A DNA stretch of 62,294 nt from Gammaproteobacteria bacterium. Lineage in GTDB: Bacteria > Pseudomonadota > Gammaproteobacteria > GCA-001735895. Each line of letters starts with the position of its first letter. The stretch's first letter is position 1. The notes under the pieces were generated by a model that saw nothing but the letters and a program-made list of their open reading frames with translations, did no database searches and was not told the DNA's origin. Below are positions 1-10,104 of the stretch, in pieces. The DNA lies in NCBI GenBank assembly GCA_020354435.1, contig CP070646.1:3030275-3092568 (forward strand), in the 5' to 3' direction. A program made the translations under genes and the position numbers.

Positions 1-428
1 GGAACCGTGATGACCGCCTCGGTGACCTCTTCGCCGAGATAATCTTCCGCGGTTTTTTTCATTTTCTGCAGCACGCGCGCGGAAATCTCCGGCGGCGCCA
101 TCTTCTTGCCCCGGGCTTCGACCCAGGCGTCGCCATTGTCTGCCTTGAGAATCTTGTAAGGTACCAGGTCGATGTCTTTTTGCACCGCTGATTCGTCGAA
201 ACGACGCCCGATCAGGCGTTTTACCGCGTACAGGGTGTCGCTGGGATTGGTAACCGCCTGGCGCTTGGCCGGCTGGCCCACCAGGATTTCGTCATCGGCG
301 CCAAATGCGACGATGGAAGGGGTGGTACGATCGCCTTCCGCGTTTTCGATAACCTTGGGTTTGTCGCCCTCCATTACCGCTACGCACGAATTCGTGGTAC
401 CGAGGTCTATACCTATGATTCTGCCCAT
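1..428 (-). CDS. dnaK: Chaperone DnaK (N-terminal part; runs off window edge)
   Basis: Reverse strand reads [42 protein letters not shown], the Hsp70 phosphate-1 motif; downstream of grpE. Confidence 0.98.
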   Translation of the reverse strand, partial: MGRIIGIDLGTTNSCVAVMEGDKPKVIENAEGDRTTPSIVAFGADDEILVGQPAKRQAVTNPSDTLYAVKRLIGRRFDESAVQKDIDLVPYKILKADNGDAWVEARGKKMAPPEISARVLQKMKKTAEDYLGEEVTEAVITV

Positions 429-470
429 TTAGATGCTCCCAAAAACTGTATCAGGTGAAACTTACACCAG

Positions 471-498
471 ATGTAGGGTTATTTTTTTTGCTTTCAAG
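471..498 (-). promoter_or_regulatory. sigma32 (RpoH)-type promoter of dnaK
   Basis: Minus strand CTTGAAA-N13-CCCTACAT, 43 nt upstream of the dnaK ATG. Confidence 0.75.
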
Positions 499-523
499 CT
501 TGTTAAACATTAATTTCAGGGGA

Positions 524-1108
524 TTATTTTGCGACCACGACCATGGCCGGACGCACCAGCCGATCGTTTAGCAGAAAGCCCTTTTGCATGACTTCGATGA
601 TGGCGTTGGATTCGGCGCCTTCGGATTCGATCATGCTGATCGCCTGGTGTTTTTCTGGATCGAATTTTTCTCCCAGGGGATCGATTTGCACCAGGCCGTT
701 TCTTTCCAGGACCTGGATAAACATATTCATCGTTAGCGCCGAGCCTTCGCGAATACTTTCCAGCGTGGCGTTTTCGGCAGCCGCGGCGGTCTGGCCCATC
801 TCCATGCTGTCGATGATCGGCAACAAATCTTCGATGAAATTCTTCAGCGCGTACTTGTGTGCACCTTCGATGTCACGCTCCGCGCGCTTACGATTGTTTT
901 CGATTTCGGCACGCAGGCGCATCATCTGGTCCCAGTAATCCTTGATCGTTTCCTGCGCTTTTTCGAGCTGTTGCTCTGGCGATTCTTCCGCTTCGGCTTC
1001 AGCCTCGGCGGCTTCGGGAACAACGTCTTCGAGATGCGCGTGTTCTTCGGGCTCGGTGGCCAGCGAATGCTCTTCCTCGGCTTCGACTTTGCTTTGTTCT
1101 GGCGACAT
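524..1108 (-). CDS. grpE: Nucleotide exchange factor GrpE
   Basis: RLRAEIENNRKR, FDPEKHQAI and QKGFLLNDRLVRPAMVVV motifs; lies between hrcA and dnaK. Confidence 0.97.
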   Translation of the reverse strand: MSPEQSKVEAEEEHSLATEPEEHAHLEDVVPEAAEAEAEAEESPEQQLEKAQETIKDYWDQMMRLRAEIENNRKRAERDIEGAHKYALKNFIEDLLPIIDSMEMGQTAAAAENATLESIREGSALTMNMFIQVLERNGLVQIDPLGEKFDPEKHQAISMIESEGAESNAIIEVMQKGFLLNDRLVRPAMVVVAK

Positions 1109-1193
1109 TAACTGCTCCGTTAGGTACGAATTGGCTTTAGTTCGAGTTGGATTTATGGCGGCCCGCGGGCCGGCATTGATTTGGTGGGCTACA

Positions 1194-1221
1194 ATGTAAG
1201 GATTATTTCGGAGTATTCAAG
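1194..1221 (-). promoter_or_regulatory. sigma32-type promoter of grpE (overlaps hrcA 3' end)
   Basis: Minus strand CTTGAAT-N13-CCTTACAT; same spacing and similar -10 box as the dnaK promoter. Confidence 0.65.
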
Positions 1222-2243
1222 GCCGAAGTCAATAATTTTGCGGTTATATCGACCACAGGAATAACCTGTTCATAAGCGATACGTGTCGGGCCGATCACAC
1301 CCAGCACACCGACGATCTCGCCCTTGACGTGATAAGGGGCGCCGACCACGGCACAGTCGCTCAGCACCGAGTAGCCGGATTCACTGCCAATAAAAATCTC
1401 CACACCGTCCGCCGAGGTGCATCCATCGAGCAGTTTAAGCAGGTCCGTTTTTTCATTAAATACATTAAAAAGATTACGTAACTTATTGATATCAGAGAGC
1501 TCTGCATATTCCAGTAAATTGGTTTCACCGCTCGTGATCAAGTCTTCGTGCGTATTCAGGCTGCACACCTCGTCCATCGCCTCGAGCACGGTATTCATGA
1601 TCGAGTTGACGTCGGTGCGCAGTTCGGAAAGCTCTTCGAGCAGCATCTTGCGTGCGCTTTCGAAACTGCGCCCGATCAGATAGTGACTCAGCGTTTGCGC
1701 CGCCTGCTGCAGCTCGATATCGCTGTAGTCGCGATCGACGTGGATCACCTTGTTGTGCACGTCGTCTTTGTTAATCACGAGGATCACCAGCACGCGACGT
1801 TCGGATAGCTTCATGAACTCTATGTGGCGCACCTCGGCAGGCGCGGTGTGCGTCAGGCTAACGATGCCCGTGAGCCGGGTGACCTGCGACAGGATATCGG
1901 TAGCGCTGTGAATCAGATCGCTGGAAGTTTTGTCCGTACTGAAGTTCCTGGAAATTTCCTGTTGAGCGGATTCACCGAGATTGTCGACTTCGAGCAGGCT
2001 GTCGATGAAGAAACGATAACCCGCTTCGGTGGGAATACGCCCGGCCGAGGTATGCGGCGAATCGACCAGGCCCATGTTTTCGAGCCTGGCCATGATATTG
2101 CGTATGGTTGCGGAGCTGACGTCGAGGCCCGATAACTGAGCCAGGTTTTTAGATCCAACCGGTTGCGCGTCTCGCGTATACGAGTTGATCAATTGGCGCA
2201 GTAATAGCTGGGCGCGTTCATCAAGTTCGTATTTTTCAGTCAT
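1203..2243 (-). CDS. hrcA: Heat-inducible transcription repressor HrcA
   Basis: PVGSK, SSATIRN, PHTSAGRIPTEAGYRFF and GVIGPTR motifs. Confidence 0.97.
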   Translation of the reverse strand: MTEKYELDERAQLLLRQLINSYTRDAQPVGSKNLAQLSGLDVSSATIRNIMARLENMGLVDSPHTSAGRIPTEAGYRFFIDSLLEVDNLGESAQQEISRNFSTDKTSSDLIHSATDILSQVTRLTGIVSLTHTAPAEVRHIEFMKLSERRVLVILVINKDDVHNKVIHVDRDYSDIELQQAAQTLSHYLIGRSFESARKMLLEELSELRTDVNSIMNTVLEAMDEVCSLNTHEDLITSGETNLLEYAELSDINKLRNLFNVFNEKTDLLKLLDGCTSADGVEIFIGSESGYSVLSDCAVVGAPYHVKGEIVGVLGVIGPTRIAYEQVIPVVDITAKLLTSALNTPK

Positions 2244-2358
2244 CGGGTCTGATATATTGTTGCCTTGCGGTAGTTTAGCGACAATTTTATTGCAGTAAAA
2301 TACCGGCCTGAAACGAAAAACCCCTTAAATCGGGAATTCCGGGTAAACAATCAGAACA

Positions 2359-3228
2359 ATGTCGGCCAAATTCAAATCAATCGGCCTGGTCGTGCGCAAC
2401 GACATGCAATCGCGCCAGGACAGCATTCGACAGGTTATCGACGTGCTTGCGCGCCATGCCGATGTCCTGGTGCACTGCCTCGATTTCGAGCAGCCGCTGG
2501 TCGAAATCTCGAGCGTCTCGCTGGAACATCTGGTGGATCGCGTCGACCTGGTTATTTCGCTGGGCGGGGACGGTACGCTGCTGACCGCGGCACGCGCCCT
2601 GGCCAACAAGAACACCCCTCTACTCGGAATTAACCTCGGCCGTCTCGGTTTCCTCGCCGATGTCTCCTTCGACGATTACGAGTCTTATATCGACGAGGTC
2701 GTGAATGGCCGTTACAGCGTCGAAAAGCGCTTCTTTATCGAGGGCAGTTTCTACCGCGGCGATGAACTCCTGTCGACCAATATTGCGCTGAATGACATCA
2801 TTTTGCACAGTCACGAGTCGGCTAACATGATCGAGTATGAAGTATCCAGCGGCGGCCACCTGATCCACATTCAGCGTTCCGATGGCGTCATCGTCAGCAC
2901 GCCAACCGGCTCGACCGCCTATGCAATGTCCGGTGGCGGGCCGATCATACATCCGTCGCTGGAAACCCTCGCCATCGTGCCCATATGCCCGCACACGCTC
3001 AGTAACCGTCCGATCGTTTTACCGGCGGATCAGCCGATCGAGGTACGCCTGGGGCAGGATTCACATATTGCCAAGGTCAGTTACGACGGGCATTCGACGA
3101 AAACGGTAGGGCCCGACAACCGGGTTCTGATCACGCGCTACAGCGAACCATTGACCCTGCTGCATCCGGAAGACTATGACTATTTCCAGGTGCTGCGGTC
3201 GAAACTCTTCTGGAGTACGAATTACTAG
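2359..3228 (+). CDS. nadK: NAD kinase
   Basis: GGDGT, GINLGRLGFL and STPTGSTAY motifs (ND in place of the usual NE short motif). Confidence 0.96.
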   Translation: MSAKFKSIGLVVRNDMQSRQDSIRQVIDVLARHADVLVHCLDFEQPLVEISSVSLEHLVDRVDLVISLGGDGTLLTAARALANKNTPLLGINLGRLGFLADVSFDDYESYIDEVVNGRYSVEKRFFIEGSFYRGDELLSTNIALNDIILHSHESANMIEYEVSSGGHLIHIQRSDGVIVSTPTGSTAYAMSGGGPIIHPSLETLAIVPICPHTLSNRPIVLPADQPIEVRLGQDSHIAKVSYDGHSTKTVGPDNRVLITRYSEPLTLLHPEDYDYFQVLRSKLFWSTNY

Positions 3229-4892
3229 TGCTCGACTCGATCCAGATCCAGAACTTCGCCATTATCGATTCGCTGCAGCTCGAACTCGAGGCGGGACTGA
3301 CCGCATTGACCGGTGAAACCGGTGCCGGCAAATCGATTCTGCTCGATGCGATCAAACTGGCCGCTGGCGACCGTGCCGACAGCGACAGTATTCGCGACGG
3401 AGCCGAACGTGCCGAGATTTCGGTCTGCTTCAATATCGACGATCAGGCACCTGCCGGCGCCTGGCTCGCCGACAATGAAATGAGCGCCGACGATGAATGT
3501 GTCATCCGTCGCGTACTTTACGCCAATGGTCGCAGCAAGGCCTTTATCAACGGCTATAGCGCAACCCTGGCGCAGTTGCGCAGCCTGTGCGACCTGTTGA
3601 TCGATATCCACGGTCAGCATGAACACCAGTCACTGCAAAAACCGCAGGTTCAGCGACAACTGCTGGACGCTTTTCTCGGTGAACCCGCCCTGCTCGCGGA
3701 AGTGGCGCAGAAATACCAGGCTTACCAGGCTTTGCGGCAACGCCTGCAGCAGGCGCGCTCCGGCTCGCAGGAACGGGAGCAGCGCATCGACCTGCTCGAG
3801 CTTTACTGCAGTGAATTGCAGCAACTGGATCTGGCCGACGGAGAATTCGATCAATTGCAGCAGGAGTATCGACGCCTGGCGAATGCGGGCAATCTGCTCG
3901 AAAAAACCGGCGAAGTACTCGAAATACTCTATGACAACGAGGAGCAGAACCTGCAATCGGCGCTGTCCCTTTGCGAACAGCGACTGCGCGAGTTGCTGGC
4001 AAGCGACAAAACACTGGGCAGCAGTCATGAAATGGTGAATGCCGCCCTGATCCAGGTACAGGAAGCGACTACCGAACTGCGCGATTACCGCGACAGCATC
4101 GAGCTCGACGGCGAGCGCCTGCAGGCTACCAATGAACGTATCGCCGGCACGCAGAACCTCGCGCGCAAGCATCATGTCGAGGTGGCGGCGTTACCGGCGC
4201 TGCGACTCGAGCTGGAACGGGAACTGGAAACGCTCAAGGGTGACAGTTTCGACGTATCGGCCATCGAGGCCGAGCTCGAAAAGGCGCAGGAGGATTTCCG
4301 CTTCAGCGCGCGCGAGTTGTCGCTTAAACGGCGGCAGACCGCTGCCAGCCTGTCCGAGCAAATCACCCAGGTGATGCAGCAGCTGGGCATGGAAAAAGGC
4401 CGCTTCATAATCGATGTCGAATCTGGCCAGGTCGAATCGGCCAACGGAATCGATAATATTCGCTACCTCGTCAGCGCCAATCCGGGACAGGCTCCGAAAC
4501 CGCTTTCCCGGGTTGCTTCGGGCGGTGAACTGTCGCGAATCAGCCTCGCAATCCAGGTCATCATGAGCGAATCTTCGCAAATTCCGAGCCTGATCTTCGA
4601 CGAGGTCGACAGTGGTGTCGGCGGCGGCGTGGCCGAAATCGTCGGCAAGAAGCTGCGCCTGCTGGGTCAGGGACGCCAGGTATTGTGCGTAACCCACCTG
4701 CCCCAGGTCGCTTCCCGGGCGCACCACCATTTTCGAGTCGAAAAAAGCAGCGTCGAGGATGACACCACGACCACGGTACTGGCGCTGGATGAAAGCGAGC
4801 GCCTGGAGGAAATTGCGCGTATGCTCGGCGGTCTCAGGATAACGGAACAATCGCGCGCGCACGCCAGCGAGATGATTGCCTCGCGGGATTAA
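3228..4892 (+). CDS. recN: DNA repair protein RecN
   Basis: Walker A GETGAGKS, long coiled coil, SGGELSR signature, Walker B LIFDEVD; GTG start overlaps the nadK stop. Confidence 0.97.
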   Translation: MLDSIQIQNFAIIDSLQLELEAGLTALTGETGAGKSILLDAIKLAAGDRADSDSIRDGAERAEISVCFNIDDQAPAGAWLADNEMSADDECVIRRVLYANGRSKAFINGYSATLAQLRSLCDLLIDIHGQHEHQSLQKPQVQRQLLDAFLGEPALLAEVAQKYQAYQALRQRLQQARSGSQEREQRIDLLELYCSELQQLDLADGEFDQLQQEYRRLANAGNLLEKTGEVLEILYDNEEQNLQSALSLCEQRLRELLASDKTLGSSHEMVNAALIQVQEATTELRDYRDSIELDGERLQATNERIAGTQNLARKHHVEVAALPALRLELERELETLKGDSFDVSAIEAELEKAQEDFRFSARELSLKRRQTAASLSEQITQVMQQLGMEKGRFIIDVESGQVESANGIDNIRYLVSANPGQAPKPLSRVASGGELSRISLAIQVIMSESSQIPSLIFDEVDSGVGGGVAEIVGKKLRLLGQGRQVLCVTHLPQVASRAHHHFRVEKSSVEDDTTTTVLALDESERLEEIARMLGGLRITEQSRAHASEMIASRD

Positions 4893-4944
4893 GCAAATGA
4901 CTCAGATTTTTCGAGGCCGTTGCGCTCGAGGGCAGTCGCGGAAT

Positions 4945-5349
4945 TTATTTTTTCTTGAAATGACCGTAAAGCACCATGGTGTGCTCGGTGATAGTGAAAT
5001 CGTAACTGTCTGCGATCTCTTTTTGACGCTGCTCGATAATTTCGTCGTAAAACTCGACCACCCTTCCGGTGGAAATATCGACCAGGTGATCGTGATGTTC
5101 GCCGTCGTTAATCTCGAAAACAGCGTGGCCCCCATCGAAATGATGCCGGGTAACCAGTCCCGCGGTTTCGAACTGGGTCAGAACCCGATAGACCGTGGCC
5201 AGCGCGATTTCCTCGCCCGAATCAAGCAGCATCTTGTAAATATCCTCCGCTTTCAGATGGCGGTCCGGTGAATGCTCCAGCAACTCCAGAATCTTCATAC
5301 GCGGCAGCGTTACCTTTAATCCCGCGTTTTTAATATCGGCTGTTTCCAT
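4945..5349 (-). CDS. fur: Ferric uptake regulator
   Basis: GLKVTLPR, ALATVYRVL and HHDHL motifs; divergent from bamE. Confidence 0.96.
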   Translation of the reverse strand: METADIKNAGLKVTLPRMKILELLEHSPDRHLKAEDIYKMLLDSGEEIALATVYRVLTQFETAGLVTRHHFDGGHAVFEINDGEHHDHLVDISTGRVVEFYDEIIEQRQKEIADSYDFTITEHTMVLYGHFKKK

Positions 5350-5423
5350 ATTTTAATTCTCAGTATTTACAGCAAACCGGCCCTGCCAGTATCATCGCGC
5401 CTTCACCCGAAACTGCTGGCAGC

Positions 5424-5747
5424 ATGAATTTACGCAAATTACAGACAGGCCTGATCGTAGGAGCAGTTATTGTAACACTGTCAGGCTGCGTGTATCGAAT
5501 GGATATCCCCCAGGGGAACCGGATCGACCCGGCACTGGTGGAACAGCTCGAGATCGGCATGTCGCGCAATCAGGTTGAATTCCTGCTCGGAACCCCTGCG
5601 GTCGTCGATCTTTATCAACCCAATAAATGGCAATACGTGTTTTACCTCAAAAACGGCGACAATGGCAGCATAGAAAAAAGTGTCATGACCCTGACTTTCA
5701 CGGACGACTTGCTGTCTGCAATCGAGGGCAACCTTACTCCGGGTTAA
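5424..5747 (+). CDS. bamE: Outer membrane assembly lipoprotein BamE
   Basis: Lipobox LSGC, QGN motif, GMSRNQVEFLLGTP. Confidence 0.95.
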   Translation: MNLRKLQTGLIVGAVIVTLSGCVYRMDIPQGNRIDPALVEQLEIGMSRNQVEFLLGTPAVVDLYQPNKWQYVFYLKNGDNGSIEKSVMTLTFTDDLLSAIEGNLTPG

Positions 5748-6054
5748 CTGCACCCCCGCCTTTTTTCATTTTCAGTCCCTGAGCCGCACGCTGTCGGCGT
5801 ATCTCCTTCGGATCCGCGATTAGCGGACGGTAAATTTCAATACGGTCTCCATCCTGTAGTTCGTAGTCCGCGGCTATGGCCTTGCCGAAGACGCCGAGGT
5901 CGCAACTATCCATGTCGATCTCGGGAAAATGCTGATCGATGCCGGACTGACGCACCGCATCCCTCGGCGCGGTTCCGGGTTCAATCCGGCATTTAAGAAT
6001 GATCTGCTTTTGCGGGGTTGCATAGGCAACTTCGATCAGCGTTTTATTTTCCAT
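5734..6054 (-). CDS. ratB: RnfH/RatB ubiquitin-like protein
   Basis: IEVAYA...GDRIEIYRPLIADPKEIRRQRA; start re-assigned to ATG 6054. Confidence 0.92.
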   Translation of the reverse strand: MENKTLIEVAYATPQKQIILKCRIEPGTAPRDAVRQSGIDQHFPEIDMDSCDLGVFGKAIAADYELQDGDRIEIYRPLIADPKEIRRQRAAQGLKMKKGGGAVNPE

Positions 6055-6478
6055 GGAGTTCCTGTGCGCGTTGACAAAACGAATCCACCAGGGTGTTGGC
6101 AATACGGGTAAACGCCGGCGCTATTACGGTTGCGGCAATACCGCGTTTGAATTCGAAGGCGAGTACCAGCTCTATTTTACAGCCCTCCTCGTGCAGCGGT
6201 GTAAACTTCCAGTGCCCCTGCAGCCGCTTGAACGGGCCATCCACCAGTTCGATCTCGATCGATTTACCTGGAACCATAGAATTACGCGTTTTAAACCATT
6301 GTTCGACACCGGCCACGCTGATTTTTATCGAAGCTTCGAGCGAAGTATCGTCCGCATGATGCAGCCTGGCGCCGCCGCACCAGGGTAGGAACTCGGGGTA
6401 ATCTTCGACCTGGTTTACGATGTCGTACATGAACCGGGCCGGATAGGGCAGCAAAGCGCTACGTGAGATTTCAGACAC
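6044..6478 (-). CDS. ratA: RatA / Coq10 START-domain protein
   Basis: YPEFLPWC and GPFKRLQGHWKF motifs; paired with ratB. Confidence 0.93.
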   Translation of the reverse strand: MSEISRSALLPYPARFMYDIVNQVEDYPEFLPWCGGARLHHADDTSLEASIKISVAGVEQWFKTRNSMVPGKSIEIELVDGPFKRLQGHWKFTPLHEEGCKIELVLAFEFKRGIAATVIAPAFTRIANTLVDSFCQRAQELHGK

Positions 6479-6479
6479 T

Positions 6480-7883
6480 TCAAATCAGTCCAAACGCAGC
6501 CAGGATTACGATCAGTAACAATACCGGAACGATATAGCGTATCAGGTAATTCCAGATTTCATAGATGTAGTTGCGCGACAGTGCGAATTCCTTGTGGCTG
6601 ATTTCGCGCGGGATTTTCCAGGCGACGAACAGACAGATAAATAACGCAACCAGGGGTTGTACCAGGTGGCTGGACATGAACACCAGTACATCGTGAAAAC
6701 CCGCATTGTTGACCAGGCGAACGGCCTGATCGCCGAAAAACAATGCAACCGTAAAGCCTTCCCCGTTCCAGACACTGTGTGCCAGCACGACGCCAAGACC
6801 AAACAACCAGACACCGAGCCCGAGCAAAACCGCGGCCTTGAGTCTCGATACCTTGCACTTTCGCTGAAAATAGGTAATCGGCGCTTCCAGCAATGCGATC
6901 GAAGTGGTCAGTGCTGCAATCGTCATCAGCAGGAAAAACAGCATGCTGTAAATGCCGCCGGAAGAAAAGTGGCTCAGAATCACGGGCATGATGCGAAACG
7001 CGAACTGGCTATCCGTACCGGGTTCATGGCCGGCGGACAGCATTAACGCGTTGATGGACAGTCCGGTAAAAATCGAGAACAGTAAATCGACGGTGATGAC
7101 CAGTGCAGCCGAATAGCCGATGGAGACGCCGCCAGGCAGGTAACGCCCAAAAGCAATCATGACCCCGATACCCAGCGCCAGCGTATAGAAAGCCCGTTGC
7201 AGGGCGAGTATCGGCGTATGCGAATCGATTGCAGAAAAATCGGTGTAAAGAATGTAACGAATGCTGTCGACAAAGCTACTGGAGGTTAACGCCAGGATAA
7301 GGCCAATCACTAGTAAAAACATCATGGCCGGCACCAGCACCAGCATGATGCGTTCGACACCCTGTTTGATCGGTTGCGCACTGATACTGACCAGTATGAT
7401 GACAAAAAGCGTATGCCACAGCGCCATGCGTTCGCTATCGATGGTCAACTCTTCGAACAGCAGCCTGGCCGACTCCAGTGTTGCGCCGTCGAATACGCCG
7501 GCCAGGGATCTGACCGCATAGGCCAGCGACCAGCCGGCAATCACGCTGAAGGTCGAAACGATCAGAAAGGCGGCAAACATCGAACCAAGGCCGGCCAGTT
7601 TCCAGTAAACCGAAGCCCGGTATTGTTCCGACAGTGTACGCAGGCAGGACGAAGGATCGCTACGAGTCAAGCGGCCGAGCATTAATTCGACCATCAATAG
7701 TGGTAAACCGAGCACGAAAAGGAATAACAGGTAGAGCAGCAGGAAGGCGCCGCCGCCGTTTTGACCGGCCAGTACGGGAAAGGTCAGGAAATCGTTCAGG
7801 CTAAGAGTCGCACCGACTGCAACAATGACAAAGGCGGATTGCGATCGCCAGATGAAACCGTTTTCAGTGTTACTCATAGCCAA
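6480..7883 (-). CDS. Neurotransmitter:sodium symporter (NSS/SNF) family transporter with degenerate TM1
   Basis: NGGGAFLLLY, ELMLGR, AFYTLALGIG and AALTTSIALLE motifs; about 11-12 hydrophobic segments. Confidence 0.88.
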   Translation of the reverse strand: MAMSNTENGFIWRSQSAFVIVAVGATLSLNDFLTFPVLAGQNGGGAFLLLYLLFLFVLGLPLLMVELMLGRLTRSDPSSCLRTLSEQYRASVYWKLAGLGSMFAAFLIVSTFSVIAGWSLAYAVRSLAGVFDGATLESARLLFEELTIDSERMALWHTLFVIILVSISAQPIKQGVERIMLVLVPAMMFLLVIGLILALTSSSFVDSIRYILYTDFSAIDSHTPILALQRAFYTLALGIGVMIAFGRYLPGGVSIGYSAALVITVDLLFSIFTGLSINALMLSAGHEPGTDSQFAFRIMPVILSHFSSGGIYSMLFFLLMTIAALTTSIALLEAPITYFQRKCKVSRLKAAVLLGLGVWLFGLGVVLAHSVWNGEGFTVALFFGDQAVRLVNNAGFHDVLVFMSSHLVQPLVALFICLFVAWKIPREISHKEFALSRNYIYEIWNYLIRYIVPVLLLIVILAAFGLI

Positions 7884-8059
7884 CCAGCTTAAGAGGGCTG
7901 CTCATTATGCGGAGAATCATGCTAGCAGTAAAACCTTTTCTCTTAAAACGAGAAAATTCAATAGGTTATTAAGTATAGTTAAGGTAAGTTATTGTGCAAT
8001 TGCGGTATCGATGCGTTGCGACCCGACGCAATCGACCGCCCTCGCCTGCGGCTGCGTTG

Positions 8060-9172
8060 CTATAACCAGTAACGCATAAACCTCGCCAGCCAGCCGAGTG
8101 GGCGTTGCAACCAGGGGGATTTATGCGGATTGCGCAGGCTGATCTCGGTGCTGTTTTCGAGATCTTGTTCGAAACGCGCCTGCAGCTGCGCTACAACCTC
8201 GTAATCGTCGGTTAACAGGTCGAGTTCACGGTCGTGGAACAGGCTGCGGTAGTTCAGATTGGTGCTGCCGACGAGCCCCTGATCGTCGATCACCATTGTT
8301 TTCGAATGCAGCACGCGTTCGTGGTACTCGAACACGCGAATCCCCGCCTGCAGCAGATCAACGTAAAAGCTGCGCGCCAGCAGCGGGAAAAATATGACGT
8401 CGGAACGCGCCGGCACGACCAGTTTTACCGAAACGCCGGCCCTGGCCTTGCGTTTCAGAATTTTCAGTACGCGGCGGGAGGGGTTGAAGTAGGCATTCGT
8501 GATCCAGATGCGTTGATGCGCGAGACCCAGCACATGCAGCAATTGCAGCTTGTGCTGATGACGGCGAGAAAATTCCCGATTACTCAGATAGTAGAGCGAA
8601 CGCTTACCGACGCTGCCGGTTTTTCGCTGCCAGACTTCGGAAAAATTGGCGGCAAGTAAATTGACGATCGGTCCGGTAACCCGGAGACCGGTGTCGTGCC
8701 AGTAATCCTCGGCACTCGCCGACTGATGGTTGAAGTGATCGTCGGTGATATTGTAACTACCGAGCCAGGCCGAACTGTCGTCGATAATACACAGCTTGCG
8801 GTGATCGCGGTGATTCAGCGCAGCGAAGAAGTACAGAATATTCGAGTACCAGCGCTCCGCGCTGAGCGCACGACGATAAAGCGAAAAATCCCAGGGCAGT
8901 GGATGAAATACTCTCAGTTCGCAGTTTAACCTGTCCAGCCGCGCGGCGATGGCGTTGGCATGTCGATAAGAACCGACGCCGTCGATTATCACTCGCAGCC
9001 GGACCTGGCGCGCTGCCGCGCGTTCCAGTGCTTCGAGCACGCGATTACCGATGTTATCCAGTTCGAATATATAGATCTCGAACAGGATTTCGTGTTGCGC
9101 CCGGTCCAGGTCCTTTATCAGCCCGTCGAAGTATGCATCGGGCGTGAAAAATAACCGCTGCCCTAATTGCAC
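8060..9172 (-). CDS. clsB: Cardiolipin synthase B-like phospholipase D
   Basis: Two HKD motifs (HRKLCIID, HSKTMVID); GTG start chosen 2 nt after the ybhP stop, matching the ybhP-clsB pairing. Confidence 0.85.
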   Translation of the reverse strand: MQLGQRLFFTPDAYFDGLIKDLDRAQHEILFEIYIFELDNIGNRVLEALERAAARQVRLRVIIDGVGSYRHANAIAARLDRLNCELRVFHPLPWDFSLYRRALSAERWYSNILYFFAALNHRDHRKLCIIDDSSAWLGSYNITDDHFNHQSASAEDYWHDTGLRVTGPIVNLLAANFSEVWQRKTGSVGKRSLYYLSNREFSRRHQHKLQLLHVLGLAHQRIWITNAYFNPSRRVLKILKRKARAGVSVKLVVPARSDVIFFPLLARSFYVDLLQAGIRVFEYHERVLHSKTMVIDDQGLVGSTNLNYRSLFHDRELDLLTDDYEVVAQLQARFEQDLENSTEISLRNPHKSPWLQRPLGWLARFMRYWL

Positions 9173-9174
9173 GT

Positions 9175-9918
9175 TCAGCTTAATGCGAAACGCGCGTACA
9201 GCGGCAGGTGGTCTGATAACTCGTTCCACGGATGTCGCTGCAGGCAAAAGGAATCGACCAGGTCGATACCGCGAAAGTAGATCCGGTCCATGCGTAACAT
9301 TGGCCGGTTTGAGGGGAAGGTTTTAGCATACTTGCCGGTCAGTTTACGAAAGGCTTCCTGCATACCCAGTTGCGATTCGATCAATCTGCCGACCCCGCCA
9401 TGCCAGTCGTTGAAATCACCTCCGAGGACGATCGGCTCAGCATAATCGATGCTCGAATCGATGTAATGTTTCAACTCGCGAATCTGGCGCTTGCGTTCGA
9501 AACCGATCAGGTCGAGGTGCACGCATAACAGGTGTAGTGGCCCCTTGTTATCGGGCAGCTCGATCCTGCCATGCAACAGGCTGCGGCTGGCGCGCTGGAA
9601 ACGAGACAGGTTCAGATTGTTCCACTCGACAATCAGGTATTTGCTCAGTATGGCATTGCCGTGATGCCCCTTTTCATATATTGCATTTTTGCCATAGGCA
9701 TAATGCGGCCAGATACTGTCGGCGAGGAATTCGAATTGACTCTCCTCCGGCCAGGCTGAAATCCGCGTTTCGTGGTGATAGTGGCGACCCTGGATTTCCT
9801 GCAGCAGGACGACATCGACCTCGGCATTTTGCAAATGTTCCTTGATCTTGTGCAGCACAAAGTCGCGATTGAAGCGATCGAATCCCTTGTGAATGTTGTA
9901 AGTCAGTATGTTAATCAT
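9175..9918 (-). CDS. ybhP: Endonuclease/exonuclease/phosphatase family protein (YbhP-like)
   Basis: LTYNIHKG, LQEIQG, GNAILS, GGDFNDW and SDHLPL motifs. Confidence 0.88.
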   Translation of the reverse strand: MINILTYNIHKGFDRFNRDFVLHKIKEHLQNAEVDVVLLQEIQGRHYHHETRISAWPEESQFEFLADSIWPHYAYGKNAIYEKGHHGNAILSKYLIVEWNNLNLSRFQRASRSLLHGRIELPDNKGPLHLLCVHLDLIGFERKRQIRELKHYIDSSIDYAEPIVLGGDFNDWHGGVGRLIESQLGMQEAFRKLTGKYAKTFPSNRPMLRMDRIYFRGIDLVDSFCLQRHPWNELSDHLPLYARFALS

Positions 9919-10104
9919 CGAAAAAAAGACCTGCCGGCAATCCAGGTTAACGCTCTGGCAGCAAAAATCTAACTTTAAAATATCAGTTTATCGCAATCCA
10001 AATTTCTCACAATGATCGGTGTCATAAGCCATGACGACTGCCAGCGATTATAGCGGCAATCGCGTGATAAACAGCGGCGTCACCGGTTAACATCGCCACT
10101 CGAA

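Noticed and set aside
1159-1172. 14-bp perfect palindrome CGGCCCGCGGGCCG between hrcA and grpE
   Set aside because: Short and GC-only, so plausible by chance in this genome; no U tract.
1109-2358. CIRCE operator expected near hrcA/grpE/dnaK
   Set aside because: No TTAGCACTC-N9-GAGTGCTAA seen; a half-match at about 13751 (TTAGCAATC) lacks the second half. HrcA often controls only groESL in proteobacteria.
8002-8039. Imperfect hairpin downstream of clsB as a terminator
   Set aside because: No U tract on the minus strand; function unsupported.
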